A stretch of 64,000 bases of DNA from an uncultured Methanolobus sp. (GCA_963675495.1 OY776215.1:1184001-1248000); one strand, 5' to 3'; positions 1 through 10,302 are shown, numbered from the stretch's first letter. Made by a program: numbers and translations. Notes: generated by a model from the sequence alone, not told the origin.

Positions 1-7
1 TGAAGGA

Positions 8-115
8 TTATGGAAAAATGTTTTTCAAAAAGAGATAAAATCTGTAGCCGATGACTATATCTAAAACCAACGCAGAGGCAAACACTAACTCTAGATAGTC
101 CATAATCAACCCCAT
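8..115 (-). CDS. putative small single-TM membrane protein (35 aa)
   Basis: Manual translation MGLIMDYLELVFASALVLDIVIGYRFYLFLKNIFP*; hydrophobic core; TATA-like TTTATA about 20-30 nt upstream; below ORF-track cutoff. Confidence 0.4.
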   Translation of the reverse strand: MGLIMDYLELVFASALVLDIVIGYRFYLFLKNIFP

Positions 116-314
116 ATAATTAGATTAGTACTATAAATATAAACAATGTATAAATATATTTGCTATGAATATATAGCATTGTGCCAATATTCACAATTAA
201 AAGGAAAAAACTAAGAGAAAATTGTGAAAGAAGAAGCCATCCAGATTTAAAAACGATGAGCTTCCTGCATACTGGATGGAAAAACTATTCCCTTAAAGGT
301 ATTTCTATGCCTAT

Positions 315-863
315 TCACCTTGTGGATGGCCTATCAAAGAAGATATTCTTCCCCTTAACGCTCAAAGGAATCGCCATTGCAACATCCGCATCTATCATAT
401 CAAAGTAACATGCAGCAGCACCAGCTGAGTACAGCACCCTGTTGTCGATGCACAGGTCCTTTGCTTTTGACACCGCAGACCCCACAGCAATACCAAGATC
501 CATGTATTTTATCATGCAATGTGGACCTGTGAATTCTACCTTGACCTCCTTCTGTTCAAGCATTTCCTTACATGTCTTAAATCCACATGCACCGCAGTTA
601 AGTGAGCTAACACCGGAGGACTTCAGACCGATAAGGATCAGTGAATCAGCATCCCTGATATTCTTGGCATCACGTATCAGGAATTTCATTTCCTTAATCT
701 CACTAAGTTCTTCCATTTTATCTGCAAGTTGCATCCTGTCAGCTTCATTCAGAAGGAAGGTCACTATGTCATCGACACCTTTGCCCTTGGGAGCGGTCCT
801 TGCAGCTACAAGGATTGTGTTTGCAAGCGATTCAATTATCTCAAGTTCAGGATTTTGTTTCAT
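315..863 (-). CDS. ferredoxin-domain-containing protein (DUF2148-like)
   Basis: AARTAPKGKGVD N-terminal motif, CGACGFKTC...C cluster, DLGIAVGSA, KNIFFDR end. Confidence 0.8.
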   Translation of the reverse strand: MKQNPELEIIESLANTILVAARTAPKGKGVDDIVTFLLNEADRMQLADKMEELSEIKEMKFLIRDAKNIRDADSLILIGLKSSGVSSLNCGACGFKTCKEMLEQKEVKVEFTGPHCMIKYMDLGIAVGSAVSKAKDLCIDNRVLYSAGAAACYFDMIDADVAMAIPLSVKGKNIFFDRPSTR

Positions 864-916
864 AAGAAAAGAAAACGTTTCAATGATATTTATTCATTGA
901 GATGAAAATAGCAATA

Positions 917-943
917 CAGGACAGGAACAATTATTCCTGCCTG
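917..943 (-). terminator. hairpin downstream of CobW-like GTPase
   Basis: CAGG(A)CAGGAA/TTCCTGCCTG inverted repeat just after the stop codon. Confidence 0.4.
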
Positions 944-956
944 ATAACTATGCAGA

Positions 957-2009
957 TTAGATATCCAGAGTTATCAAATTTGGTTCATCATGGATCTGGA
1001 AACTGATCTTTTCAAAAGAAATACTTTCCTTTTTCAGATTTGACTGTATGCATTCATCCACAATTTCCGCAAGTTCTTCCTTTGGAACCTTTGTCACAGC
1101 ACTGAGGAACTTCAGATGTTCTTCTCCATCACCCTTCTCATCAAGTATCTCAACAACCGGCTCACCTTCAGAGGATGTAAGGCTGCCCTTGACAAGGCCC
1201 TCAGTGAATTTGAAGCTGAACTTCACATGCCCTATGAAATCAGGATTAATCTGTTTTACTTTATCCCTGATATCCATTAAAAGATGGACCAGTATTGTTG
1301 TAACCTTATCAGTGTGCATAGTTTCCGAAGTGATGGAATATTCACCTGCGTATGCTCCAACACCTGAAACTTCCATGGAGTTCAGATCTTCGCGCTCCTG
1401 TCGCATCTCGCTTTCCCCTGTCAGCAGGTCCATGAACCTCTCGAATTTATCATCTGCGTTCTTCGCAGAGAATTCAACAACAATTACATCAGGGTTTATT
1501 CCAAGAACCATCTGCGTAGAAGTTGCAATGGCCTCACTGTCCACAAGGTCGATCTTGTTGATGCAAACTATCTCAGATTCCTTTATCTGGCTCTCAATGA
1601 ACCTTGGTACCTGTTTCCATTCAACACCAAATCTGCTTGCATCAACAATTGAGACCACCGGAGCAAATGAAACCTCACCCAGATCCATTAGTTCTATATG
1701 CTCCTTTATCTGAAGAGGGAAAGCGATTCCCGTCGGTTCGATAATAACGACATCCGGCTCGTAATCCTCAATGAGGGTCTGCAGGGTGAGCTCCATACTG
1801 ATCTTAAGGGAACAGCAAATACAACCACTGGTCAGCTCTTTTGTAACAAGGCCACTACTTGATATCGTTTCACCGTCTACCCCAACATCACCAACCTCAT
1901 TGACAATTATAGCTATTTTGTGCCCTTTATAAATCAAATGTTTAGCAAGATTTCGCAGAGTAGTTGTTTTCCCGCTTCCAAGAAAACCACCTATGATTAT
2001 CACTTTCAT
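957..2009 (-). CDS. COG0523/CobW-family G3E GTPase (metallochaperone) with C-terminal extra domain
   Basis: GGFLGSGKTT Walker A, GCICC metal motif, IEPTG, NKID. Confidence 0.85.
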   Translation of the reverse strand: MKVIIIGGFLGSGKTTTLRNLAKHLIYKGHKIAIIVNEVGDVGVDGETISSSGLVTKELTSGCICCSLKISMELTLQTLIEDYEPDVVIIEPTGIAFPLQIKEHIELMDLGEVSFAPVVSIVDASRFGVEWKQVPRFIESQIKESEIVCINKIDLVDSEAIATSTQMVLGINPDVIVVEFSAKNADDKFERFMDLLTGESEMRQEREDLNSMEVSGVGAYAGEYSITSETMHTDKVTTILVHLLMDIRDKVKQINPDFIGHVKFSFKFTEGLVKGSLTSSEGEPVVEILDEKGDGEEHLKFLSAVTKVPKEELAEIVDECIQSNLKKESISFEKISFQIHDEPNLITLDI

Positions 2010-2154
2010 TTTTTCACCATCATTAGTAGATTATAGAATACAAAACATAGAATAAACTTGTTAGTAGAATGTATTGCAGTTAGATAATATCAAAGTTACC
2101 TGCTTAAAGGTCTTACAAAATAAATATTCATTGACAGAAAATTAGAATGATGAC

Positions 2155-5100
2155 TTACTGCTGTAACGGAAGACGAATATGGATGGTCGTTCCTTTTCCA
2201 TCCTCACTTGTAACGTGTATATCACCGTTGTGATCTTCAATGATCTTCTTGCAAATGTACAAACCGAGTCCTGTACCTCCATATCTTCTCCTCACTGAGG
2301 AATCAACCTGATAGAAGCGTTCGAAAAGATTAGAAATCTTGTCTTCAGGAATACCAATACCTGTGTCCTCCACTTCCAAATACAGAGAATCAGCTGATGC
2401 GTGTGCTGAGATAGTAATTTTACCATCCTGTGGCGTGAATTTTATAGCATTGTCTACCAAATTGACAAAGACATCCATCATCTTATCATGATCAGCAGTT
2501 ATGACCGGCAGGTTATCCGAAATGTCCCTTATAAGTTTGATATTTTTTCCCTCAGCCTGAAGTGCAAGATCCTGTATAGAATTATCAATAACATCCGTTA
2601 TATTTACGTTCTCAAACGAATAATGTAGCTTTCCAGACTGTGCCCTGCTAAGATACAGCAGGGAATCCACTAGCCTGCGCAGACGCTCTGAGTTCCTTAT
2701 TACAGTATCAACCGCTTTTTTCTGTTGCTCATTCACAGAGCCCAGCGTCTGGTCTGCTATCAACTGGCTGTATCCCTGGATTGAAGTAAGTGGTGTTTTA
2801 AACTCATGGCTTACATTAGACAGAAAATCATCCTTCATCCTGTCAAGGGATTTCAGTTCTTCATTAGCCTTTGAAAGCTCAGTATTTGCCTTTGAGAGTT
2901 CAGCATTGACCCGGGACAACTCACCAGCATATTCCCGCAGCGTATCCTCGGCTCGTTTGCGTTGTATGAGCCTCCACATACCTTCCATGAACAAGGTCAG
3001 TTGCCTTGCATCGGATTTATTATATTCTTCCTGTTTGTTAGCAACGCCTGCAGTACCTACCACCTTCTTGCCATCAAAAATAGGGATGCCCATATAACGA
3101 CTGAGTTTGTTATGACCCTCTGGGTAACCACGTTTTAATGGATTGGGAGCATCAAAATCATTGGTAATTATAGCTTTTTTCTGCCTTATGGGTTCGCCCC
3201 ACAGACCCATGCTCTCAAGAGGATACTCAAGCTTCATTTCTTTGACCTTACAATCCTTCATGATATTCTTTGACCAGGAATACACAATAAGAACAGTACC
3301 TTCATCGTTGAGAAAAGCAAGATAACCCATCTTGCTCTGGGTAAGCCTGACCCCTTCTGCCTGAACATAATCAGCAATATCCTTAAGAGAAGTATCAGTC
3401 AGCTGGTTGATCTTCAAGAGGGCTTCAAGTCTTGATTCATCAAGACGTAATGCCTCCTCGGCTTTTTTGCGTACAGAAATATCTCCAAAGATACCGATAC
3501 CTCCAAGGAAAGTACCATCATCAGCAACATTCGGACTGTAATCAGCCTTTAGATAGACATCTTTTCCACTGATGACCGTATGATATTTTCCTTCAAAATG
3601 ACCCGTCTTCCTGGAGAGAGCTTCATCAATAGCCTTTTTCATCATCTTGTCAGTGATCTGTGTGACCATGTTGAAACCGATTATCTCGTCCTTATTCTCC
3701 AGACCTATTATCTCCAGGAACTTATCATTGCAGTGAGTCACAATACCCCGGGCATTGAAGTTGAATATCCCAAGCGGAGAGTTCTCGAAAATGAGACGAT
3801 ACTTCTTCTCAGCCTCAACTATAGCCTTTTCAGCCTTTTTACGCTCAGAGATGTCCTGTAATGCTCCGGTTACTTTTGCGACTTTACCATCTATTATTAT
3901 TGGATTTCCAATTGTTCTAACCCATTTGTGCGTATCTTTAGCTGTGACCAATTCCAGTTCAAGATCGTAAGGTTCGCCTTTTTGTATAGCATCATGTACA
4001 GCCTTTTCAATAAGTTCTCTTGAGCCCGGAGGGTAGAAGCTTAATCCCAATTCCATATCTGTAGGTGTTGAAGGATCTAATTCGTGAATCCTTGCAATCT
4101 CAGGTGTCCATGTTCCCTTGCCAGTTGATGCATCAAATTCCCAGCCTCCTACTTTAGCGACCCTGCTGACCTCATTGAGAAGAGCTTCACTTTTAAGCAG
4201 TTTTTCTTCAGCGCGTTTGCGCTCAGTGATATCCTGAAAAACACCAACAACAATATTCTTTTCGACCTGATAAGCATTGATGTTGAAGTGTCTTTTTAAC
4301 TCTTCAGAATATATTTCAACCTCTTCAGGAATCCCACTAAGTGCTACATTTCTATGTAGATCAAGAAAAGTATTTTCCCTTTTTTCAATACCAGGGTACA
4401 CTTCAGTTACACGCTTTCCCATTACATCTTCGGCTTTTAATCCGCTATGTTTCTCAAAAGCATCATTTACTTCCAGAAAAACAAAATCGACTGGAATTCC
4501 ATTTTCATCCGTGATCATTTCCGAGATCACTACACCACTCATATTGTTCTCAAAGATCAGGCGGTATTTATTTTCAGCTTCAAGGGCGGCTTCCTCGGCA
4601 TTCTTACGTTCGGAGATATCTTCAAAGATACCGATTCCACCCAGGAATGTGCCATCTTCCGCTATGTTTGGACTGTAATCAGCCTTTATGCTGATCGTGA
4701 CATCGGTTGTGACCGTGTGGTAGTCACCTTCAAAGTGGCCCACCTTCCTTGCAAAAACATCAGAAACGGCTTTTTTCATCCCCTCATCTACAATGGAAGC
4801 AACAAGATTGAAGCCGATAACATCCTCTTTACTTTCAAGCTTCATTATTTCCAGGAACTTTTTATTACAGTGAGTGAGGATACCCTTTTCGTTGAAGTGG
4901 AATATACCCACAGGCGAAGATTCGAAGATCATATGATATTTCTCTTCGGCTTCAAGGACAGCTTCCTCGGCTTTTTTTCTGTCCGTGATGTCGATTATTA
5001 TACCCTGGTAATATGCAGGCTTGCCTGCTTCATCCCTTATGAGATACGATCTCTCAGTAACCCACCTTATTTCCCCGAATTTTGTTAGCAAACGATACTC

Positions 5101-6369
5101 TTTTGAAAAGAACATCTTACCCTGAACTTCAAGCTGGGAAACATCCGTTCGGACATAATCCAGATCATCCGGATGAACTATGTCGCCATATTTGATTTTA
5201 CCGGATATCAGATCTCCAGAACTGTAACCAAACTGAGAGATATTCTCGGAAACAAAAACCACTGGCCAATCATCTTCAGCAATCCAGAGGAAAGCGACAA
5301 CCGGACTTTTTCTGTAAATATCCTCCAGCTTTTTAATAGATTTGAACTTATCCCGCAGGGCCTTATGATCTATCTTTTGTTCCACAAGTTTGCCAATGGT
5401 ACCGAGCATACCTCCATAATTTCCTTCATCATCCGTTAGTGGAAGCAGAAAACCACTATGATAAATGAACTGGCCGTCTGGTTTGATAAAAGGAAAAATA
5501 TCATAGCTCCTTGAGTGAAGGGTTTCCTTTGCCATCTGGAAAATATCGATAAAAACGGGCTCATCTTTACCTGCATGAGGAGGTATGAAACTTACCAACT
5601 TTTTCCCGAACACATCACCTTTTGACAGGCCGGAAATAGATTCCATGCCTTTATTGAAGTAGACGATATTATCATACTTATCCACAGCCCAGACACCAGT
5701 CCAGACATTCTCAAGCATGTCATCGGGGAAGTGAGTCTCTTTCAGGATTGTCTTGCATGATGAAGAGCTTTGAAGCAGAGTCCACTTACCATTCTTATTT
5801 ATGACCGTGCCATCGTGCATGCCTATGATTTCAATTATCTCTGATCGATTACGTGCTTCAAGTAAAAAAGCGAACAAACCAACAATGCCTTTCGTTTTGA
5901 TAAGTTCCATAGCCTTTTTTTCGTATTCAATGAACTGTTGCCAGGCATCTTCCCCGACAATTGTGAACTTATCGACTATCCTGAGACCATCGTACCCTTC
6001 AGCTATTGCAATATCGTAGATTTCCTGCCATTTATTAAGGTCATATTCCGAAACCGCACCTTCACCTGCAATATAGCACTCGTTACAGGAAGTTAGCATT
6101 AACTGGCCGTTTTCAAGATACTTATCTACGTCAACGCCAGCGCCTTTTAGCAAATTCTTTGCGCTATCAGCGTCAAGCTGACCTGAAACTCCCCACAGGC
6201 AACATTCATTGTTCATGAAACCTGCATCTAAGAAAGATGCCACTACGTCAATAAACTCTTCACTGTTCTCATACAGCAGGGAAAAATAACTCCCCGGTGT
6301 CATGTCCTCTATAAAATCAATATCCGAATTGATGGTTTCTGTGCCGATAATATAACCCCTGCATGACAA
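2155..6369 (-). CDS. MEDS + 6 PAS + GAF sensor histidine kinase
   Basis: N-terminal MEDS-like domain (YDGLRIV), six PAS modules, GAF, H-box SHEFKTPL, N-box NLVDNAIKF, DTGIGI, GGTGLGL; start codon uncertain. Confidence 0.9.
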   Translation of the reverse strand: MSCRGYIIGTETINSDIDFIEDMTPGSYFSLLYENSEEFIDVVASFLDAGFMNNECCLWGVSGQLDADSAKNLLKGAGVDVDKYLENGQLMLTSCNECYIAGEGAVSEYDLNKWQEIYDIAIAEGYDGLRIVDKFTIVGEDAWQQFIEYEKKAMELIKTKGIVGLFAFLLEARNRSEIIEIIGMHDGTVINKNGKWTLLQSSSSCKTILKETHFPDDMLENVWTGVWAVDKYDNIVYFNKGMESISGLSKGDVFGKKLVSFIPPHAGKDEPVFIDIFQMAKETLHSRSYDIFPFIKPDGQFIYHSGFLLPLTDDEGNYGGMLGTIGKLVEQKIDHKALRDKFKSIKKLEDIYRKSPVVAFLWIAEDDWPVVFVSENISQFGYSSGDLISGKIKYGDIVHPDDLDYVRTDVSQLEVQGKMFFSKEYRLLTKFGEIRWVTERSYLIRDEAGKPAYYQGIIIDITDRKKAEEAVLEAEEKYHMIFESSPVGIFHFNEKGILTHCNKKFLEIMKLESKEDVIGFNLVASIVDEGMKKAVSDVFARKVGHFEGDYHTVTTDVTISIKADYSPNIAEDGTFLGGIGIFEDISERKNAEEAALEAENKYRLIFENNMSGVVISEMITDENGIPVDFVFLEVNDAFEKHSGLKAEDVMGKRVTEVYPGIEKRENTFLDLHRNVALSGIPEEVEIYSEELKRHFNINAYQVEKNIVVGVFQDITERKRAEEKLLKSEALLNEVSRVAKVGGWEFDASTGKGTWTPEIARIHELDPSTPTDMELGLSFYPPGSRELIEKAVHDAIQKGEPYDLELELVTAKDTHKWVRTIGNPIIIDGKVAKVTGALQDISERKKAEKAIVEAEKKYRLIFENSPLGIFNFNARGIVTHCNDKFLEIIGLENKDEIIGFNMVTQITDKMMKKAIDEALSRKTGHFEGKYHTVISGKDVYLKADYSPNVADDGTFLGGIGIFGDISVRKKAEEALRLDESRLEALLKINQLTDTSLKDIADYVQAEGVRLTQSKMGYLAFLNDEGTVLIVYSWSKNIMKDCKVKEMKLEYPLESMGLWGEPIRQKKAIITNDFDAPNPLKRGYPEGHNKLSRYMGIPIFDGKKVVGTAGVANKQEEYNKSDARQLTLFMEGMWRLIQRKRAEDTLREYAGELSRVNAELSKANTELSKANEELKSLDRMKDDFLSNVSHEFKTPLTSIQGYSQLIADQTLGSVNEQQKKAVDTVIRNSERLRRLVDSLLYLSRAQSGKLHYSFENVNITDVIDNSIQDLALQAEGKNIKLIRDISDNLPVITADHDKMMDVFVNLVDNAIKFTPQDGKITISAHASADSLYLEVEDTGIGIPEDKISNLFERFYQVDSSVRRRYGGTGLGLYICKKIIEDHNGDIHVTSEDGKGTTIHIRLPLQQ

Positions 6370-6459
6370 CTATTAGTGATTAATGGTTTTAGAACTACAA
6401 TAAATAAGAGTATTCAACTCTTATATTTAGTTAATTATTTCTAATAACCTGAGAAGTTC

Positions 6460-7644
6460 TTAGCCTGCATAATATATCCTGTATATCTTTCCTGCGTTAT
6501 CATCGCTGACAAATAACGACCCATCGTCAGATACTATCACATCAACCGGTCTACCACTGATGGTTGCAGCCCCAAGCCATCCTGTTGCAAAATCAGTGAC
6601 CTCCTTGGTGTCCATGTCAATACTAACTACCTTGTACCCGGTAGGTTCCTGTCGATTCCAGGACCCGTGGAAACAAACAAAAAGGTCGCCCTGATACTCT
6701 TCAGGGAAACTGTCACCATCATAGAATGTAAGTCCCAGTGGAGCTGAATGTGCCTGCAGATTCACAAAGCTCGGAATATTTTCTGTTTCATTACAGAGAT
6801 TGCTGACGTATTCACTGTTGTTGAAATCAGTGTCGTAGATATTCTTACCATAACAATCTGGCCAACCATAATCACCGCCTTCTTTTATGAGATTTATCTC
6901 ATCTGGAGGCAGGTCATCTCCAAGCCAGTCCCTTCCGTTCTCAGTGGCATATAATTCCCCGGTCAGCGGATGAAATGCCATTCCCACTGAATTGCGAAGT
7001 CCCTTTGCAAATACTGATAAATTACTGCCATCAAGCTCGCTTTTTGATATTGCAGCTCTCAAATCATCGGATTCGTAACAAGCATTGCATGAAGAACCTA
7101 CACTCAGATAGAGTTCACCATCATGGATATTTACAGTTCTTGTATAATGACCACCTGTGGGAAGGTTATCAATTATAATTTCCAGACTTTCTTCATCAGC
7201 AACAAGGTCACCGTCATCATCCCTTACCCTGATGACCCTGCTCTCCTGTGCTATGTAGAACCAACCGTCATTGTAGTCAATTCCATGAGGATGATCAAGG
7301 TCTGATATGAACACATCAACTTCATCAGCAACATTGTCAGTATCATGATCCGGAAGTGAAGCTATAAGGCCCTTGTTTGGTATGGACACGAAAAGCAGAC
7401 CATCCTTTATCATCATCATGCGTGGACCAGGAGATGGCCCACCAAATGATAGCAGGGTGCTACCCAGATCATCGGCATATACATCAATGGCAAACCCCGG
7501 TGGCAACGTTATGTCTTCAACTCCTGAACCTGTCATTGTAGGTCGCACACCGAGATAGTTAGCCGAAAATATCACGATGAGTATTGTCACTATGAAAATA
7601 ACAGCTATCCACCACACCCTCTGACCTGATAATAATTGCGACAT
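6460..7644 (-). CDS. PQQ-dependent sugar dehydrogenase family (glucose/sorbosone DH beta-propeller), N-terminal TM anchor
   Basis: GGHYTR, SVGSSCNAC, GLRNSVG, PPDEIN, YGWP, HSAPLG, HGSWNR, GRPVDV motifs. Confidence 0.85.
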   Translation of the reverse strand: MSQLLSGQRVWWIAVIFIVTILIVIFSANYLGVRPTMTGSGVEDITLPPGFAIDVYADDLGSTLLSFGGPSPGPRMMMIKDGLLFVSIPNKGLIASLPDHDTDNVADEVDVFISDLDHPHGIDYNDGWFYIAQESRVIRVRDDDGDLVADEESLEIIIDNLPTGGHYTRTVNIHDGELYLSVGSSCNACYESDDLRAAISKSELDGSNLSVFAKGLRNSVGMAFHPLTGELYATENGRDWLGDDLPPDEINLIKEGGDYGWPDCYGKNIYDTDFNNSEYVSNLCNETENIPSFVNLQAHSAPLGLTFYDGDSFPEEYQGDLFVCFHGSWNRQEPTGYKVVSIDMDTKEVTDFATGWLGAATISGRPVDVIVSDDGSLFVSDDNAGKIYRIYYAG

Positions 7645-7969
7645 AGGCAACCCTTGTTAATTGTTGGAGCTGGAAGAATAAAAGGATATGGGGATTTGCA
7701 GCGACGTAATTGAAATTATCGATTATGGCCCTGAATAAATACAATTCTCATTTTAACCATTCTACATTATTACATATGCCTGTATTACTCTAAGAAAAAT
7801 TGCTTCAATTTTTATTTTACATTAATTATCAAATATTATTTTACGCCAGCATATATAAATAACATAAGAGAACAAAAAGAAACAGAAGTATGGTAAAATA
7901 ATTTTAACTTGATACAAATCTTAACCCCCTTTAAAGCATTTAAAATCCGACCATAAAAGTAAATCTTTA

Positions 7970-7986
7970 CTCAGACAGAGTCTGAG
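7970..7986 (+). promoter_or_regulatory. palindrome upstream of PocR kinase
   Basis: CTCAGAC-AGA-GTCTGAG perfect 7-3-7 inverted repeat. Confidence 0.35.
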
Positions 7987-8013
7987 AATTAAAGGTGAAC
8001 TTCGAGTGATTTT

Positions 8014-10302
8014 ATGAAAAATAATTCCTGCTTCCAAAAAAGACCAAATGCTAAAATTGATGATATCGAAGATATTAAGCTTGTTGATGTCATCGACTTT
8101 TCAGAAATAGGGTCATTGATGGATGATTTTTATCGATTGACCAACATTAGTGCTGGCATCGTAGATCTTAATGGGAATATATTAGTCGCTGCCGGTTGGC
8201 AGGATATCTGTACTAAGTTTCATAGAGCTAATCCCGAAACCTGCAAAAATTGCATCGAAAGCGACATTGAACTATCAAAGGAAATGACCCCCGGATCATT
8301 CAAATATTACCATTGTAAGAATAATATGTGGGACATCGCAACACCTATCGTAGTTGAAGGATTACATATAGGCAACCTTTTTCTGGGACAATTCTTCTTT
8401 GACGATGAAGAAATACCATATGAAACATTCAGGCTTCAGGCACAAAAATATGGTTTCGATGAAGAAGAATACATCGCTGCACTGGAGAAAGTACCGCGCT
8501 GGGATAAAGAAACGGTCAATACGGTGATATCGTTCTATTCTAAACTGACAAATCTGATATCAATAGTAAGTTATAGCAACATCAAACTTACCAGGACCCT
8601 TGAAGAGAGAGAAATAACTATTCAATTACTTAATCTTTTTAGTAAATGTAACGACTTGTCTGAACTTATCCCCTTAGTGACCGAATTGCTGAAAGAATGG
8701 TCTGGCTGCGAAGCTGTTGGAATCAGGATAAGAGAAGGCAATGATTATCCATATCATCAGACAATAGGCTTCCCTGAAACTTTTGTGTATTCTGAAAATT
8801 CACTTTGCACAAAAGATATCAACGGACAGATAATAAGGGATAAACTTGGCAATCCTGTTCTTGAATGCATGTGTGGAAATATTATTAATGGACGTTTTAA
8901 CCCGATGATGCCATTCTTTACCGACAAAGGCAGTTTCTGGACAAATTCGACCACCGAGCTACTAAAAAGTACGAACGAATCAGATAGACTGACACGTACA
9001 CGTAACCGCTGCAATGGAGAAGGTTATGAGTCCATTGCCCTGATACCTCTTAGAAGTCATGGAGAGAACTTTGGACTTATACAGTTCAATGATTCGAGGA
9101 AAGGAGTATTCACTGAGGAAAAAATAACTTTTTGGGAAAGTCTGGCAGACAATATCGCACTGGCACTGGCACAGTTACAGACAAATAAGAAGTTACAAGA
9201 AAGCGAGAGCAGAATCAAAAGTATCTTCAAAGCAGCACCTATAGGCATAGGTGTTGTAACTGATCGAATAATCTCACACGCTAATAAACATGTATGTGAA
9301 ATGTCAGGATATAGTTCTGAAGAACTTGTTGGAAAAAGTTCCCGAATATTATACCCTACTCAGGAAGAGTATGATTATGTAGGGAAGGTTAAATACGGAC
9401 TTATAAGTGAAAGCGGCACTGGCACTGTGGAAACTCGCTGGAAAAGAAAAGATGGTAGCATAATAAATATACTCTTATCGTCAGCACCCATAGATAATTC
9501 AGACCTATCAAATTGTGTGACTTTCACTTCACTGGACATAACCGAACGCAAAAAAGCAGAAGAAGCATTACTGTACTCAAAGGTCGTTTCGGATGATAAT
9601 AACCGTATTAAGAGCGAATTCATGAAAACTGTATCCCATGAACTCAGAACACCTCTGACATCAGTTATCGGATTTTCGGATATTTTACTGGAACAGGATT
9701 CTGAAGGGCTAAATGATGCACAAAGAAGCTACGTCGAATACATTCATAATAGCGGAAAAGATCTACTGGGGCTAATAAATAAAATACTTGATTTTTCAAA
9801 ATATGAAATTGAAGATCTGGATGCAATTAGCTATAAAGAAATTTCATTGAACAAACTTATTAATGAAATCATGATGTTGATGTACCAAAAAGCTGCAAAC
9901 AAGAATATTAACATTATATTAAAAAGAAAAGAGTCAATCGAGAAATTCTATGCTGATGAAGACAAGTTGACTCAGATACTACATAATCTTCTGGACAATG
10001 CTGTTAAGTTCACAAACAACGGGGGTTCAGTGACTATTGAGACAAAAAAACGTAATCATATGCTTCAAGTCTCTGTAACTGACACTGGAATTGGAATTGA
10101 GAATGAGAATATAGAAAATATATTCAAACCCTTTGTACAAATTGACGGCTCTATCACCCGAAAATATAGTGGTGCAGGAATAAGTCTGGCACTGACAAAG
10201 AAATTCTTAGATCTTCATGGTGGCAGCATCTGGGTCAGCAGTGAACCTGGAAAAGGGAGTATTTTTACTTTTGAGATACCTATCAATGCAAAAGACTACT
10301 AA
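8014..10302 (+). CDS. PocR + Cys-rich GAF + PAS sensor histidine kinase
   Basis: PocR motif GWQDICTKFHR..C..SD..CKNNMWD..GQFF; SHELRTPL, NLLDNAVKF, DTGIGI. Confidence 0.9.
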   Translation: MKNNSCFQKRPNAKIDDIEDIKLVDVIDFSEIGSLMDDFYRLTNISAGIVDLNGNILVAAGWQDICTKFHRANPETCKNCIESDIELSKEMTPGSFKYYHCKNNMWDIATPIVVEGLHIGNLFLGQFFFDDEEIPYETFRLQAQKYGFDEEEYIAALEKVPRWDKETVNTVISFYSKLTNLISIVSYSNIKLTRTLEEREITIQLLNLFSKCNDLSELIPLVTELLKEWSGCEAVGIRIREGNDYPYHQTIGFPETFVYSENSLCTKDINGQIIRDKLGNPVLECMCGNIINGRFNPMMPFFTDKGSFWTNSTTELLKSTNESDRLTRTRNRCNGEGYESIALIPLRSHGENFGLIQFNDSRKGVFTEEKITFWESLADNIALALAQLQTNKKLQESESRIKSIFKAAPIGIGVVTDRIISHANKHVCEMSGYSSEELVGKSSRILYPTQEEYDYVGKVKYGLISESGTGTVETRWKRKDGSIINILLSSAPIDNSDLSNCVTFTSLDITERKKAEEALLYSKVVSDDNNRIKSEFMKTVSHELRTPLTSVIGFSDILLEQDSEGLNDAQRSYVEYIHNSGKDLLGLINKILDFSKYEIEDLDAISYKEISLNKLINEIMMLMYQKAANKNINIILKRKESIEKFYADEDKLTQILHNLLDNAVKFTNNGGSVTIETKKRNHMLQVSVTDTGIGIENENIENIFKPFVQIDGSITRKYSGAGISLALTKKFLDLHGGSIWVSSEPGKGSIFTFEIPINAKDY

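Noticed and set aside
181-900. Plus-strand ORFs 181-408 and 442-900
   Set aside because: Antisense to the motif-bearing DUF2148 gene and without recognisable features
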